Source: Escherichia coli (GTDB taxonomy: Bacteria > Pseudomonadota > Gammaproteobacteria > Enterobacterales > Enterobacteriaceae). From it: a stretch of DNA of 64,000 nt. A model generated the notes under the pieces. That model was not told the DNA's origin, searched no databases, and saw only the letters and a program-made list of their open reading frames with translations. This document shows, piece by piece, positions 1 through 11,261 of this stretch. The stretch's first letter is position 1. Each line of letters opens with the position of its first letter. The stretch lies in assembly GCF_003334315.1 (NCBI RefSeq), contig NZ_QOWR01000009.1. One strand, written 5' to 3'. The position numbers and the translations under genes are program-made.

Positions 1-395
1 ATATAAATGCGGCGTTTCGCTGTGTCCGTGCAGTCCTGCCGCATATGATTGCGCAGAGGTCGGGCGATATAATTTTTACCAGTTCCATCGCGGGCGTCGT
101 TCCGGTTATCTGGGAACCGATCTACACCGCGTCCAAATTTGCCGTTCAGGCATTCGTACACACTACCCGCCGCCAGGTTTCTCAATATGGCGTGCGTGTG
201 GGTGCGGTGCTGCCAGGACCAGTAGTCACTGCCCTGCTTGATGACTGGCCAAAAGCCAAAATGGAAGAAGCCCTGGCAAATGGTAGCCTGATGCAACCGA
301 TTGAAGTGGCGGAATCAGTATTGTTTATGGTGACCCGCTCGAAAAATGTCACCGTGCGAGATTTAGTGATCCTGCCTGGCAGTGTCGATCTGTAA
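1..395 (+). CDS. rbtD: Ribitol 2-dehydrogenase (short-chain dehydrogenase/reductase), 5'-truncated by the window edge; the reading frame is open from position 3
   Basis: Frame is open from the window start into ORF 45..395. The C-terminal sequence (...[29 protein letters not shown]...[11 protein letters not shown]...) has the SDR catalytic Y-x3-K and closely matches Klebsiella/E. coli C ribitol dehydrogenase as I remember it. Confidence 0.8.
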   Translation, partial: INAAFRCVRAVLPHMIAQRSGDIIFTSSIAGVVPVIWEPIYTASKFAVQAFVHTTRRQVSQYGVRVGAVLPGPVVTALLDDWPKAKMEEALANGSLMQPIEVAESVLFMVTRSKNVTVRDLVILPGSVDL

Positions 396-405
396 GGGCG
401 CAATC

Positions 406-2010
406 ATGACAATAACCAAAACCGTTATTGGTGTTGATGTGGGATCAGGCAGTGTCCGCGCCGGGATTTTTGATCTCAACGGATCTCTGCTATCCCATGC
501 CACAGAAAAAATCACGACTACGCGGCGCAGCGGAAGCCGCGTGGAACAGTCCAGCCAGGAGATCTGGCAGGCGGTCTGTTCATGTATTCGTAATGCGCTC
601 ACTCTGGCAGACGTTTGTGCACAAAGTGTGGCAGGCATCGGTTTTGATGCCACCTGTTCTCTGGTGGTACTGGATAAAAACGGTGATCCATTGCCTGTCA
701 GCCCGGAAGGAGATGCAAAGCAAAATATCATTGTGTGGATGGATCACCGCGCCACCGAACAAGCAGAGCGAATCAATGCCACTCACCATCCGGTGCTGAA
801 CTACGTCGGTGGTAAAATTTCGCCTGAAATGGAAACACCGAAAATTCTCTGGCTGAAAGAAAATATGCCAGAGATCTACGAACGTGCCGGACAATTTTTC
901 GATCTGGCCGATTTTCTGACCTGGCGGGCTACCGGTGATTTAGCGCGTTCAGTATGCACTGTTACCTGTAAATGGACGTGGCTGGCACATGAAAATCGCT
1001 GGGATCCAGATTATTTCCGCACCATTGGCCTTGCAGAGTTAGCGGATGAAGATTTTATTCGCATTGGTCATCATATTGTTTCTCCCGGAACACCTTGTGG
1101 AAATGGTTTAACAGCACAAGCCGCGGCAGAGATGGGATTACTCCCCGGCACACCTGTCGCTGTAGGGTTAATTGATGCTCACGCTGGTGGCATCGGTACG
1201 GTTGGCGTAGAAGGTGGAGCGCTGAACAATCTCGCGTATGTTTTCGGCACTTCTTCATGCACCATGGCATCTACCACTTCTCCCTCGTTTGTACCGGGTG
1301 TCTGGGGGCCGTATTACAGTGCGATGGTTCCAGGTCTGTGGTTAGTTGAAGGCGGGCAAAGTGCTGCGGGAGCAGCTATTGACCAGCTACTTGATTTCCA
1401 TCCGGCTGTTGAAGAAGCTCGCGAAATGGCACAACGTGTGAATCAGCCCCTCCCCGTCTGGCTTGCTGATCGAATCCTCGAAAAAACGGCGCAACCATCA
1501 GATGCTGTCGCCCTGGCGAAAGGGCTACACGTGGTGCCGGAATTTCTCGGAAATCGCGCCCCCTTCGCAGATCCTCATGCCAGAGCGGTAATTTGTGGCC
1601 TGGGTATGGAGCGAGATCTGGATAATTTACTCGCCTTGTATATCGCTGGATTATGCGGAATTGGTTATGGTCTGCGCCAAATTCTCGACGCTCAAACAGC
1701 GCAGGGAGTAGTGAGTAAAAATATCGTTATTAGCGGCGGTGCCGGGCAGCATCCACTGGTACGACAAATTCTGGCAGATACCTGCGGTATTCCGGTCATT
1801 ACCACGCAATGCTGCGAACCGGTTTTATTAGGCTCGGCCATTCTTGGTGCTGTCGCCGGAAATATTGCACCTTCTGTTGGCGAAGCGATGCAACAATTCA
1901 CCCATGTGGATAAATATTATTATCCGCAAGAACGCTATCAATCTCTTCATCATCGTCGATATGAGGCCTATAAGCAGTTGCAGCATACTGCAAAATTACT
2001 CAGAGACTAA
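406..2010 (+). CDS. rbtK: D-ribulokinase, FGGY carbohydrate kinase family
   Basis: The N-terminal motif IGVDVGSGSVRAGIFD is typical of FGGY kinases and the protein is about 534 aa. It lies directly downstream of rbtD. Start chosen at the second ATG (406), which follows the rbtD stop and an AGGG Shine-Dalgarno-like sequence. Confidence 0.75.
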   Translation: MTITKTVIGVDVGSGSVRAGIFDLNGSLLSHATEKITTTRRSGSRVEQSSQEIWQAVCSCIRNALTLADVCAQSVAGIGFDATCSLVVLDKNGDPLPVSPEGDAKQNIIVWMDHRATEQAERINATHHPVLNYVGGKISPEMETPKILWLKENMPEIYERAGQFFDLADFLTWRATGDLARSVCTVTCKWTWLAHENRWDPDYFRTIGLAELADEDFIRIGHHIVSPGTPCGNGLTAQAAAEMGLLPGTPVAVGLIDAHAGGIGTVGVEGGALNNLAYVFGTSSCTMASTTSPSFVPGVWGPYYSAMVPGLWLVEGGQSAAGAAIDQLLDFHPAVEEAREMAQRVNQPLPVWLADRILEKTAQPSDAVALAKGLHVVPEFLGNRAPFADPHARAVICGLGMERDLDNLLALYIAGLCGIGYGLRQILDAQTAQGVVSKNIVISGGAGQHPLVRQILADTCGIPVITTQCCEPVLLGSAILGAVAGNIAPSVGEAMQQFTHVDKYYYPQERYQSLHHRRYEAYKQLQHTAKLLRD

Positions 2011-2111
2011 TTAACCAGCCGCCTGACGCTGTTTTCAGGCAATCACTAATAACGACTCACTCCGGTAATATCCCGGAGTGCATTCATCTGCACCCTAAAA
2101 ACGAGGTTTAT

Positions 2112-3386
2112 ATGTCCAGAAATAATAAACAGTGGTTGGGTTTGCCACTGCATCTGATATGGGGATATATCGCCATCGCAGTATTTATGACTGGTGATGG
2201 TTTCGAACTCGCATTCTTATCGCACTATATTAAATCGTTAGGCTTCACACCTGCGGAAGCCTCTTTTGCCTTTACGCTCTACGGCCTGGCGGCTGCCCTT
2301 TCCGCCTGGGTTTCTGGGGTAGTAGCGGAAATCATCACGCCGCAAAAAACCATGCTGATTGGTTTTGTCCTATGGTGCGTATTCCATGTTCTGTTTCTGG
2401 TCTTTGGATTAGGACAGGCAAACTATGGGTTAATCCTGCTGTTTTACGGGATTCGTGGTTTAGCGTATCCGCTATTTCTCTACTCATTTATCGTCGTTAT
2501 TATTCATAACGTGCGTAGCGAAAATTCCAGTTCTGCTCTGGGTTGGTACTGGGCGGTATATTCAGTAGGGATCGGTGTTGCTGGCAGTTATATTCCCAGT
2601 TTTACGATACCGATTATGGGTGAAATGGGAACCTTATGGCTGGCACTGGCGTTCTGCTTTGCTGGCGGTGTCATTGCCATGATCTCCTTGCGTCATGTTA
2701 AAACGCCTGGACATATGCATAATTTAACTCCCCGTGAGAAGTTTGCAGAATTAAGTCGGGCAGTAACTTTACTTTATACCAACCGCAATATTTTTCTCTC
2801 CAGTATTGTGCGCATTATAAATACCTTATCGTTATTCGGTTTTGCGGTCATTATGCCAATGATGTTTGTGGATGAACTGGGATTCACCACCTCTGAATGG
2901 TTGCAGGTCTGGGCGGCATTTTTCTTTACCACTATTTTCTCTAATATTTTTTGGGGGATTGTGGCAGAAAAAATGGGCTGGATGCGTGTTATTCGCTGGT
3001 TTGGTTGCCTCGGGATGGCAGCATCAAGTTTAGCGTTTTACTACATGCCGCAATACTTTGGTCACAACTACTGGATGGCAATGATTCCGGCGATTGCTCT
3101 GGGAACTTTTGTTGCTGCATTTGTGCCGATGGCCGCTGTCTTCCCGGCACTGGAACCAAAACACAAAGGTGCTGCAATCTCGGTTTACAACCTCTCTGCG
3201 GGTATGTCTAACTTCCTGGCTCCGGCAATTGCCGTGGTGTTATTACCGTGGTTTAGCACTATCGGTGTGGTCATTGCCTATACAGCATTGTATCTATTGG
3301 CCTTTGTCCTTTGCGCATTCATTCGCGTTGAGCAGCCAGGATTCAGTTCTGCGCCAGTGACTGAGAAGGCATTGAATATCTCCTGA
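2112..3386 (+). CDS. Polytopic membrane transporter (MFS-like), probable ribitol/pentitol permease
   Basis: 424-aa highly hydrophobic ORF with about 12 predicted helices and a GAGG ribosome-binding site; position after rbtD-rbtK suggests the substrate. Confidence 0.6.
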   Translation: MSRNNKQWLGLPLHLIWGYIAIAVFMTGDGFELAFLSHYIKSLGFTPAEASFAFTLYGLAAALSAWVSGVVAEIITPQKTMLIGFVLWCVFHVLFLVFGLGQANYGLILLFYGIRGLAYPLFLYSFIVVIIHNVRSENSSSALGWYWAVYSVGIGVAGSYIPSFTIPIMGEMGTLWLALAFCFAGGVIAMISLRHVKTPGHMHNLTPREKFAELSRAVTLLYTNRNIFLSSIVRIINTLSLFGFAVIMPMMFVDELGFTTSEWLQVWAAFFFTTIFSNIFWGIVAEKMGWMRVIRWFGCLGMAASSLAFYYMPQYFGHNYWMAMIPAIALGTFVAAFVPMAAVFPALEPKHKGAAISVYNLSAGMSNFLAPAIAVVLLPWFSTIGVVIAYTALYLLAFVLCAFIRVEQPGFSSAPVTEKALNIS

Positions 3387-3408
3387 AAAACGAAACGCAT
3401 CAGGCACT

Positions 3409-3434
3409 CATCCTCTCCCTCATGGGAGAGGATG
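3409..3434. terminator. Bidirectional intrinsic terminator hairpin between the convergent transporter gene and fbaB
   Basis: Perfect 11-bp inverted repeat CATCCTCTCCC/GGGAGAGGATG with a 4-nt loop, flanked by an A-rich run upstream and T-rich sequence downstream. Confidence 0.5.
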
Positions 3435-3442
3435 ATTTCACA

Positions 3443-4495
3443 TCAGGCAATAGTGACTTTGTTATCGAGATAAACGTCCTGCACGGCGTTAATCAGTTTC
3501 ACGCCGTCAGCCATCGATTTCTTAAATGCTTTCCGCCCCAGAATCAGCCCCATTCCGCCTGCGCGTTTGTTGATAACCGCAGTACGCACTGCATCGCTGA
3601 GGTCAGTTTCACCGCCCGCAGCACCGCCGGAGTTTATCAACCCAGCCCGACCCATATAGCAGTTAGCTAACTGATAACGCACCAGATCAATCGGGTTTTC
3701 GCTGGTCAATTTGCTGTAAACACGATCGTCGGTGTAACCGTAATTAATTGCTTTATAGCCGCCGTTATTTTCCGCCATTTTTTGTTTGACGATATCTGCA
3801 CCGATGGTTGCCGCCAGATGGTTTGCCTGACCGGTCAGGTCGGCGGAAACATGGTAATCAACGCCATCTTTCTTAAAGGCGGAGTTACGCAAATAGGCCC
3901 ACAGCACTGTCACCATACCCAGCTCGTGCGCACGTTCAAAAGCCGCAGAAATTTCTTCAATCTGGCGACGTGACTCTTCCGAGCCAAAATAGATAGTCGC
4001 ACCAACCGCAACCGCGCCCATGTTGAACGCCTGCTCCACGCTGGCATACAGCGTTTGATCGTAGGTATTCGGGTAACTTAGCGTCTCGTTGTGATTAAGT
4101 TTGACGAGGAATGGAATGCGATGCGCATAACGCCGCGATACCGACGCCAGCACGCCGTAAGTTGACGCCACACAGTTACAGCCCGCTTCGATCGCCAGTT
4201 CAACAATGTTTTTCGGGTCAAAGTAGAGCGGGTTAGCAGCAAATGAAGCTCCGGCAGAGTGCTCAACGCCCTGGTCAACCGGCAGAATAGAAAGATATCC
4301 TGTGCCAGCCAGACGCCCGGTGTTGTACAACGTCTGCATATTACGTAACACCGCTGGCGGGCGATTATTGTCAATCATTACGCGGTCTACGTAGTCATGT
4401 CCGGGGAGATAAAGCTGGTCAGAAGGAATTGTCATACAACGGTGCTGTAAAAGGTTGTCGGCGTCTTTGCCAAGCAACTGCGCAATATCTGTCAT
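3443..4495 (-). CDS. fbaB: Fructose-bisphosphate aldolase class I
   Basis: Protein begins [16 protein letters not shown]...; 350 aa when started at the internal ATG of ORF 3443..4567. Confidence 0.9.
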   Translation of the reverse strand: MTDIAQLLGKDADNLLQHRCMTIPSDQLYLPGHDYVDRVMIDNNRPPAVLRNMQTLYNTGRLAGTGYLSILPVDQGVEHSAGASFAANPLYFDPKNIVELAIEAGCNCVASTYGVLASVSRRYAHRIPFLVKLNHNETLSYPNTYDQTLYASVEQAFNMGAVAVGATIYFGSEESRRQIEEISAAFERAHELGMVTVLWAYLRNSAFKKDGVDYHVSADLTGQANHLAATIGADIVKQKMAENNGGYKAINYGYTDDRVYSKLTSENPIDLVRYQLANCYMGRAGLINSGGAAGGETDLSDAVRTAVINKRAGGMGLILGRKAFKKSMADGVKLINAVQDVYLDNKVTIA

Positions 4496-4751
4496 TACTA
4501 TGCTCCCGTAAATTCCGATTGGATATCGGCTATGGATTGTCCTGGCCCGCCTTTTGCGGGCAATCATAATCCTGGTCGTTACGGGCGAGTTTTTCCATCT
4601 TTTGGATGTTTTTTCAGCGTTTTCTGTTGGCTCGATTCATCAGAAAAAATGTTAGCGCGGTCAAGTTTTCACCGCAAAGGTATTTAAAAGGTATTATTAA
4701 GTGGTATTGTCATCGCGTACCTTACATTACCTGTCATGAAGGAATTAAAAG

Positions 4752-6029
4752 ATGAAAACAACAGCAAAGCTGTCGTTCATGATGTTTGTTGAATGGTTTA
4801 TCTGGGGCGCGTGGTTTGTGCCATTGTGGTTGTGGTTAAGTAAAAGCGGTTTTAGTGCCGGAGAAATTGGCTGGTCGTATGCCTGTACCGCCATTGCGGC
4901 GATCCTGTCGCCAATTCTGGTTGGCTCCATCACTGACCGCTTTTTCTCGGCGCAAAAAGTGCTGGCGGTATTGATGTTCGCAGGCGCGCTGCTGATGTAT
5001 TTCGCTGCGCAACAGACCACTTTTGCCGGGTTCTTTCCGTTACTGCTGGCTTACTCTCTAACCTATATGCCGACCATTGCGCTGACTAACAGCATCGCTT
5101 TTGCCAACGTGCCGGATGTGGAGCGTGATTTCCCGCGCATTCGTGTGATGGGCACTATCGGCTGGATTGTCTCCGGTCTGGCATGTGGTTTCTTGCCGCA
5201 AATACTGGGGTATGCCGATATCTCACCGACTAACATCCCGCTGCTGATTACCGCCGGAAGTTCTGCTCTGCTCGGTGTGTTTGCGTTTTTCCTGCCCGAC
5301 ACGCCACCAAAAAGCACCGGCAAAATGGATATTAAAGTCATGCTCGGCCTGGATGCGCTGATCCTGCTGCGCGATAAAAACTTCCTCGTCTTTTTCTTCT
5401 GTTCATTCCTGTTTGCGATGCCACTGGCGTTCTATTACATCTTTGCCAACGGTTATCTGACCGAAGTCGGCATGAAAAATGCCACCGGCTGGATGACGCT
5501 CGGCCAGTTCTCTGAAATATTCTTTATGCTGGCATTACCGTTTTTCACTAAACGCTTTGGTATCAAAAAGGTATTATTGCTTGGTCTGGTCACCGCTGCG
5601 ATCCGCTATGGCTTCTTTATTTACGGTAGTGCGGATGAATATTTCACCTACGCGTTACTGTTCCTCGGTATTTTGCTTCACGGCGTAAGTTACGATTTTT
5701 ACTACGTTACCGCTTACATCTATGTCGATAAAAAAGCCCCCGTGCATATGCGTACCGCCGCGCAGGGGCTGATCACGCTCTGCTGCCAGGGCTTCGGCAG
5801 TTTGCTCGGCTATCGTCTTGGCGGTGTGATGATGGAAAAGATGTTCGCTTATCAGGAACCGGTAAACGGACTGACTTTCAACTGGTCCGGGATGTGGACT
5901 TTTGGCGCGGTGATGATTGCCATTATCGCCGTGCTGTTCATGATTTTTTTCCGCGAATCCGACAACGAAATTACGGCTATCAAGGTCGATGATCGCGATA
6001 TTGCGTTGACACAAGGGGAAGTTAAATGA
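4752..6029 (+). CDS. yegT: Putative nucleoside transporter (MFS)
   Basis: 425-aa polytopic ORF in the yegTUV arrangement downstream of fbaB. Confidence 0.85.
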   Translation: MKTTAKLSFMMFVEWFIWGAWFVPLWLWLSKSGFSAGEIGWSYACTAIAAILSPILVGSITDRFFSAQKVLAVLMFAGALLMYFAAQQTTFAGFFPLLLAYSLTYMPTIALTNSIAFANVPDVERDFPRIRVMGTIGWIVSGLACGFLPQILGYADISPTNIPLLITAGSSALLGVFAFFLPDTPPKSTGKMDIKVMLGLDALILLRDKNFLVFFFCSFLFAMPLAFYYIFANGYLTEVGMKNATGWMTLGQFSEIFFMLALPFFTKRFGIKKVLLLGLVTAAIRYGFFIYGSADEYFTYALLFLGILLHGVSYDFYYVTAYIYVDKKAPVHMRTAAQGLITLCCQGFGSLLGYRLGGVMMEKMFAYQEPVNGLTFNWSGMWTFGAVMIAIIAVLFMIFFRESDNEITAIKVDDRDIALTQGEVK

Positions 6030-7030
6030 AAACAGAACGTATTCTCGGTGCTCTTTATGGGCAGGCGTTAGGGGATGCGATGGGGATGCCCTCCGAGCTT
6101 TGGCCACGCAGCCGCGTTAAAGCACACTTTGGCTGGATTGACCGTTTTCTTCCTGGACCAAAGGAGAATAACGCGGCCTGTTATTTTAACCGCGCCGAAT
6201 TCACCGACGATACCTCGATGGCGCTGTGTCTGGCGGATGCGTTACTGGAACGTGAAGGCAAGATCGATCCGAATCTGATTGGGCGTAATATTCTCGACTG
6301 GGCGCTGCGTTTCGACGCCTTTAACAAAAACGTACTTGGTCCGACCTCGAAGATTGCGCTTAACGCCATTCGCGACGGTAAACCCATTGCTGAACTGGAA
6401 AACAACGGCGTGACCAACGGCGCAGCGATGCGCGTCTCGCCATTAGGTTGTTTGCTTCCGGCGCACGATGTTGATTCCTTTATTGATGATGTGGCGCTGG
6501 CGTCCAGCCCGACCCATAAATCCGATCTGGCGATTGCAGGCGCGGTAGTCATCGCATGGGCGATTTCTCGTGCCATTGACGGAGAAAGCTGGTCAGCGAT
6601 TGTAGATTCACTGCCTTCAATTGCGCGACATGCACAGCAAAAACGCATCACTACCTTCAGCGCCTCACTGGCAGCACGTCTGGAGATTGCGCTGAAAATT
6701 GTGCGCAATGCCGACGGCACCGAATCCGCCAGCGAACAGCTTTACCAGGTCGTTGGCGCAGGTACCAGCACTATTGAGTCCGTTCCGTGCGCCATTGCGC
6801 TGGTTGAACTGGCACAAACCGACCCGAATCGCTGCGCCGTCCTGTGCGCTAACCTTGGCGGCGACACAGACACCATCGGCGCTATGGCGACGGCGATTTG
6901 CGGCGCGTTGCATGGCGTTAACGCTATCGATCCTGCATTAAAGGCGGAACTGGATGCGGTAAATCAGCTTGATTTCAACCGCTATGCCACAGCGCTGGCG
7001 AAATATCGTCAACAACGGGAGGCGGTATGA
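6026..7030 (+). CDS. yegU: ADP-ribosylglycohydrolase family protein
   Basis: 334 aa; start overlaps the yegT stop by 4 nt (translational coupling). Confidence 0.85.
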   Translation: MKTERILGALYGQALGDAMGMPSELWPRSRVKAHFGWIDRFLPGPKENNAACYFNRAEFTDDTSMALCLADALLEREGKIDPNLIGRNILDWALRFDAFNKNVLGPTSKIALNAIRDGKPIAELENNGVTNGAAMRVSPLGCLLPAHDVDSFIDDVALASSPTHKSDLAIAGAVVIAWAISRAIDGESWSAIVDSLPSIARHAQQKRITTFSASLAARLEIALKIVRNADGTESASEQLYQVVGAGTSTIESVPCAIALVELAQTDPNRCAVLCANLGGDTDTIGAMATAICGALHGVNAIDPALKAELDAVNQLDFNRYATALAKYRQQREAV

Positions 7031-7992
7031 GCGGCGCTCGATTACACACGCTGCTGCCTGAATTAACCTCGCGTCAGCCGGTGATGGTCGTCGGCGCGGC
7101 GGTCATTGATGTGATCGCCGACGCTTATGCCCTCCCCTGGCGTGGGTGCGATATCGAACTGAAGCAGCAGAGCGTTAACGTTGGCGGCTGCGCACTGAAT
7201 ATTGCCGTGGCGTTAAAGCGCCTCGGCATCGAAGCGGGTAATGCCTTGCCGCTCGGTCAGGGCGTGTGGGCGGAGATTATTCGCAACCGGATGGCGAAAG
7301 AGGGGTTAATCAGCCTGATCGATAACGCCGAAGGCGATAACGGCTGGTGTCTGGCGCTGGTTGAGCCGGATGGCGAACGCACTTTTATGTCATTCAGCGG
7401 TGTGGAAAATCAGTGGAATCGCCAGTGGCTGGCGCGATTAACCGTTGCGCCTGGCAGCCTGCTCTATTTTTCCGGTTATCAACTGGCCTCGCCCTGCGGC
7501 GAATTGTTAGTGGAATGGCTGGAAAAGCTGCAAGACGTGACGCCGTTTATCGATTTTGGCCCACGTATCGGCGATATCCCGGACGCATTACTGGCGCGGA
7601 TCATGGCCTGTCGACCTTTAGTATCACTCAATCGTCAAGAGGCTGAGATTGCCGCCGAACGTTTTGCTTTATCCGCAGAGATAACAACACTTGGCAAGCA
7701 ATGGCAGGAGAAATCTGCCGCGCCGTTGATCGTTCGTCTCGATAAAGAGGGTGCATGGTATTTCAGCAACGACGCTTCTGGCTGCATTCCGGCATTTCCA
7801 ACGCAAGTTGTAGACACCATTGGGGCGGGCGACAGTCATGCAGGTGGCGTACTTGCCGGGCTGGCCTCTGGTCTGCCACTGGCGGATGCCGTATTACTGG
7901 GCAATGCAGTGGCGTCGTGGGTTGTCGGGCATCGGGGCGGTGATTGTGCGCCAACGCGCGAGGAACTACTCCTCGCACACAAAAACGTATAG
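7027..7992 (+). CDS. yegV: PfkB/ribokinase-family sugar or nucleoside kinase
   Basis: 321 aa with the GAGD motif near the C-terminus; 4-nt overlap with yegU. Confidence 0.85.
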   Translation: MSGARLHTLLPELTSRQPVMVVGAAVIDVIADAYALPWRGCDIELKQQSVNVGGCALNIAVALKRLGIEAGNALPLGQGVWAEIIRNRMAKEGLISLIDNAEGDNGWCLALVEPDGERTFMSFSGVENQWNRQWLARLTVAPGSLLYFSGYQLASPCGELLVEWLEKLQDVTPFIDFGPRIGDIPDALLARIMACRPLVSLNRQEAEIAAERFALSAEITTLGKQWQEKSAAPLIVRLDKEGAWYFSNDASGCIPAFPTQVVDTIGAGDSHAGGVLAGLASGLPLADAVLLGNAVASWVVGHRGGDCAPTREELLLAHKNV

Positions 7993-8712
7993 ATCGCTGC
8001 GACAGTGGCTAATGCTGTACTCAATAGGCCGTTGCTGTTGGTCAAGCGCCACTTGCTTGATCACCAGCACCGGTATTTTGCTATCTAACTGAATATGTGA
8101 CTGAAACTCGGCATCCGGCATCCGGGCGCTAACGCGGGAACGTGTACGTTGTGGGTAAATGTGCTGGCTGCGGAAATAGTCATAAAGTGAAATCCCGATG
8201 GCATCAACATCATGAATTAAATGCGCCGGAACCCACGATTCCTCAATCGATACCGCTTCTTCATCGACATAGCGAATACGCTTAAGCAAAAAGACATCAC
8301 TTCCTGCTTCGACCGCCAGCTGCTGCGCGACTTCTTCGGGACATTTCACGACACGCTTGTTAACCCATAGCGTATCGGGCTTTTTCCCGCGCAATACCAC
8401 CTGCTGAGAAAAACCTCGCGCTTCTTTCAACGAGTATTCGAAGATGTTGTTGATCTGCGTGCCGTAACCGCGCGAACGCGTCACCACACCCTCTTCTTCC
8501 AGCGCCTGCATCGCCTTGCGCACCGTAATGCGCGAAACGCCGGTTAACTGACTTAAATCACGCTCACCGGGCAAAATATTGCCATGCTCCAGCACCCCGC
8601 TGCGCACGGCATTTTTTACCGTTTCGGCAAACTTAATATAAAGCGGCGTGTTATCCGCAGCTAAAATACGCTCGTTCAGTTGGGCAATCAGCTGGGTATG
8701 CGCTTGTTCCAT
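7966..8712 (-). CDS. yegW: GntR/HutC-family transcriptional regulator
   Basis: 248 aa; N-terminal winged-helix region (...LPGERDLSQLTGVSRITVRKAMQAL...) and a UTRA-like C-terminal part. Confidence 0.85.
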   Translation of the reverse strand: MEQAHTQLIAQLNERILAADNTPLYIKFAETVKNAVRSGVLEHGNILPGERDLSQLTGVSRITVRKAMQALEEEGVVTRSRGYGTQINNIFEYSLKEARGFSQQVVLRGKKPDTLWVNKRVVKCPEEVAQQLAVEAGSDVFLLKRIRYVDEEAVSIEESWVPAHLIHDVDAIGISLYDYFRSQHIYPQRTRSRVSARMPDAEFQSHIQLDSKIPVLVIKQVALDQQQRPIEYSISHCRSDLYVFVCEE

Positions 8713-8763
8713 TTGTCTTTTTCCTGCCAGGGAGTCTGGTGGGAGTATATCACTGCTTCTTAT

Positions 8764-9591
8764 TTAAGGCGTTTCTTTAATCCCATCAACGAATCCCTGC
8801 AACTCCTCCACCGTGCCATTAAACACATTAAAATCCACCGGACCATTGATGCCATCTACCTGTCCACGGTCGGAATGCTGCCAGAAGCGCCAGGCCATTC
8901 CGTCATTGTCCGGACGACGTTGATAATAGTGAGCCACCCACCACGGATATTCATTAAAATAGCCCGCCAGATTCGTGTGATAAAAAACGGCTCCTGAGTA
9001 AATAATCGGCTTTTTTCCCGTGCGTTTTTCTACCATTTTTAGCCACTGACTTACCCGCTTGCGTAATTCTTTTGCCGATAATTTTCCCCGTTCTTCTACG
9101 TCCAGCACGGCAGGGAAATCGCCTTGTGAGAAATCCACCGTTTGCAGAAATAATCGTGCCTGAACCGGCGCTGCTACCGACGGGGAGAAATAATGATACG
9201 CCCCGCGCAGCAGGCCATTTTCGCGGCTTAGTTGCCAGTTACGCGAAAAATAGGGGTCCACCAGCTTTTCGCCTTCCGTCGCCTTAATAAAAGCAAACTG
9301 TAAGCGGATACCGTTGTCGCGCATTTTTGCCACCCGCTGCCAGTCGATCCGCTCCTGCCAGCGAGAAACATCTATTCCGTGAATGGTGTAACTGGCAGGA
9401 ATGCGAATAGCGAAAGATTTAACCGGGCGATAACCGTAGAAATGGATGTAGTCTTTAATCTGAATTGCTGTCGAATAGAAAAAATTCACCGTCTGACGCG
9501 GATAAATTGCAACGATAGAAATTAGCCCAAGAGCGCATAATAGAGAGGTGAGTTTTTTTCGACTGGTAATTCTTAGCTGCATTGGTTTCAT
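8764..9591 (-). CDS. yegX: Glycoside hydrolase family 25 (lysozyme-like) protein
   Basis: 275-aa ORF with an N-terminal signal/anchor; the true start may be the internal ATG 3 codons downstream. Confidence 0.8.
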   Translation of the reverse strand: MKPMQLRITSRKKLTSLLCALGLISIVAIYPRQTVNFFYSTAIQIKDYIHFYGYRPVKSFAIRIPASYTIHGIDVSRWQERIDWQRVAKMRDNGIRLQFAFIKATEGEKLVDPYFSRNWQLSRENGLLRGAYHYFSPSVAAPVQARLFLQTVDFSQGDFPAVLDVEERGKLSAKELRKRVSQWLKMVEKRTGKKPIIYSGAVFYHTNLAGYFNEYPWWVAHYYQRRPDNDGMAWRFWQHSDRGQVDGINGPVDFNVFNGTVEELQGFVDGIKETP

Positions 9592-9646
9592 CCCTGAATG
9601 TCAGTGCAAAAGACTGACAATAACCAAAGCAGCTATAGTACGGTGC

Positions 9647-10447
9647 TCACCACCAGGCGTGGAAGTGGTGAACCGGACCAATACCGTGACCAACTTCCAG
9701 CGTGTCGGCCTGGGCTAACGCCGATGAAAGCCAGCTTTTTGCCTCCTGTACGGTGTCAGCCCAGTTTGTATGGCGCGGGCGTAGTGCAGCCAACGCCGCA
9801 GAGAGTGTACAACCAGTGCCGTGGGTGTTTTTGGTCATAATGCGCGGTGCGGTAAACCGTTGTTCACCCTCGCGGGTAAACAGCCAGTCCGGGCTTTGCT
9901 CATCATCCAGATGACCACCTTTCATTAGCACTGCGCCACAGCCCATCGCCAACAGCGATCGCCCTTGTTCCAGCATTTCCTGTTCGGTGCGCGCGTGTGG
10001 CGCGTCGAGCAAGGCGGCAGCTTCGGGCAAGTTTGGCGTTATTAATGAAACCTGTGGCAATAATCGACTGCGCAGCGTAGCAACCGCCGAAGGTGAAAGC
10101 AGCGGGTCGCCGCTTTTTGCCAGCATAACGGTGTCGAGTACCACGTTTTGGATCTGATAACGTTGCAACCGTTCTGCCACCGCTTCAACAATATCGGTTT
10201 CCGCCAACATACCGATTTTAGTGGTATCGATTCGCACATCGCTGAACACCGAATCGAGCTGGGCGGCGACAAAATCAGGCTCAATGCGATACACCGACTG
10301 TACGCCACGGGTATTTTGCGCCACCAGTGCAGTAATAACTGAGCAACCATAAGCGCCAAGTGCCGAGAAGGTTTTAAGATCGGCCTGAATCCCCGCACCA
10401 CCACTCGGATCAGTACCGGCAATCGTCAGAGCGTTAATTCGTTTCAT
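9647..10447 (-). CDS. thiD: Hydroxymethylpyrimidine/phosphomethylpyrimidine kinase
   Basis: 266 aa, beginning [31 protein letters not shown].... Confidence 0.9.
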   Translation of the reverse strand: MKRINALTIAGTDPSGGAGIQADLKTFSALGAYGCSVITALVAQNTRGVQSVYRIEPDFVAAQLDSVFSDVRIDTTKIGMLAETDIVEAVAERLQRYQIQNVVLDTVMLAKSGDPLLSPSAVATLRSRLLPQVSLITPNLPEAAALLDAPHARTEQEMLEQGRSLLAMGCGAVLMKGGHLDDEQSPDWLFTREGEQRFTAPRIMTKNTHGTGCTLSAALAALRPRHTNWADTVQEAKSWLSSALAQADTLEVGHGIGPVHHFHAWW

Positions 10448-11232
10448 GCCTGCACCTCCTGCGTCAATTGCCAGAGCGCATCAAGGAAATGTGGAACAAA
10501 ACTGCCTGGCCCCTCGCTTCTGGCGACTGCGCGTTCTCCGGCTTGTTTCATCCAGTGACAGGCAGATGCGACATTTTCCAGCATATCGCCTGGTAACGCA
10601 CAACAGGCAGCGACAACCGCCGATAATGCACAGCCAGTTCCTACCACTTTGGTCATTAACGGATCGCCACCGTGAATGCCAATGATACGATGTCCATCGG
10701 TAACATAATCCACCTCGCCAGTGACCACGACGATTGCGCCAGTTTCCCGTGCCAGTGTTTGTGCAGCGGGTATCGCGTTAGCTGCGGCGTCAGTGGTATC
10801 CACTCCCCGCCCACCATTAGCAATGCCAGCTAATGCCATGATTTCCGAAGCATTACCACGTATCGCTGCCGGTTTAAAAGATAAAAGTTCATGACAAAAA
10901 TGGCGGCGATAATCGAGCGCACCCACCGCTACTGGATCAAGCGTCCAGGGTGTTTGAGAGCTTTTTGCTTGCTCAACGGCAGCACGCATCGCCTGTGTGC
11001 GTGGCTGCGTCAGTGTGCCAACGTTAATCAACAAGGCACTGGCGATAGCCGCAAACTGACTGGCCTCTTCGGTTTCGATAACCATCGCTGGCGATGCACC
11101 GAGCGCCAGCAAGGTATTGGCAGTAAAGGTTTGCACCACATCGTTGGTCATGCAGTGCACAAGAGGGGAATGTTGGTGAAAAAGGTGTAACGTGTGCGCA
11201 GATTGCGCTGAACTCAGCAGGTCGACTTGCAT
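10444..11232 (-). CDS. thiM: Hydroxyethylthiazole kinase
   Basis: 262 aa; stop overlaps the thiD start (thiMD operon). Confidence 0.9.
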   Translation of the reverse strand: MQVDLLSSAQSAHTLHLFHQHSPLVHCMTNDVVQTFTANTLLALGASPAMVIETEEASQFAAIASALLINVGTLTQPRTQAMRAAVEQAKSSQTPWTLDPVAVGALDYRRHFCHELLSFKPAAIRGNASEIMALAGIANGGRGVDTTDAAANAIPAAQTLARETGAIVVVTGEVDYVTDGHRIIGIHGGDPLMTKVVGTGCALSAVVAACCALPGDMLENVASACHWMKQAGERAVARSEGPGSFVPHFLDALWQLTQEVQA

Positions 11233-11261
11233 AGTTTGCTCCTGCCATAACGTGAAGAAGC

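Noticed and set aside
382-2010. Kinase start at 382 (ORF-track start)
   Set aside because: This start would overlap the last codons of rbtD in another frame; the ATG at 406 follows the rbtD stop and a Shine-Dalgarno-like AGGG. It is a minor start-site choice.
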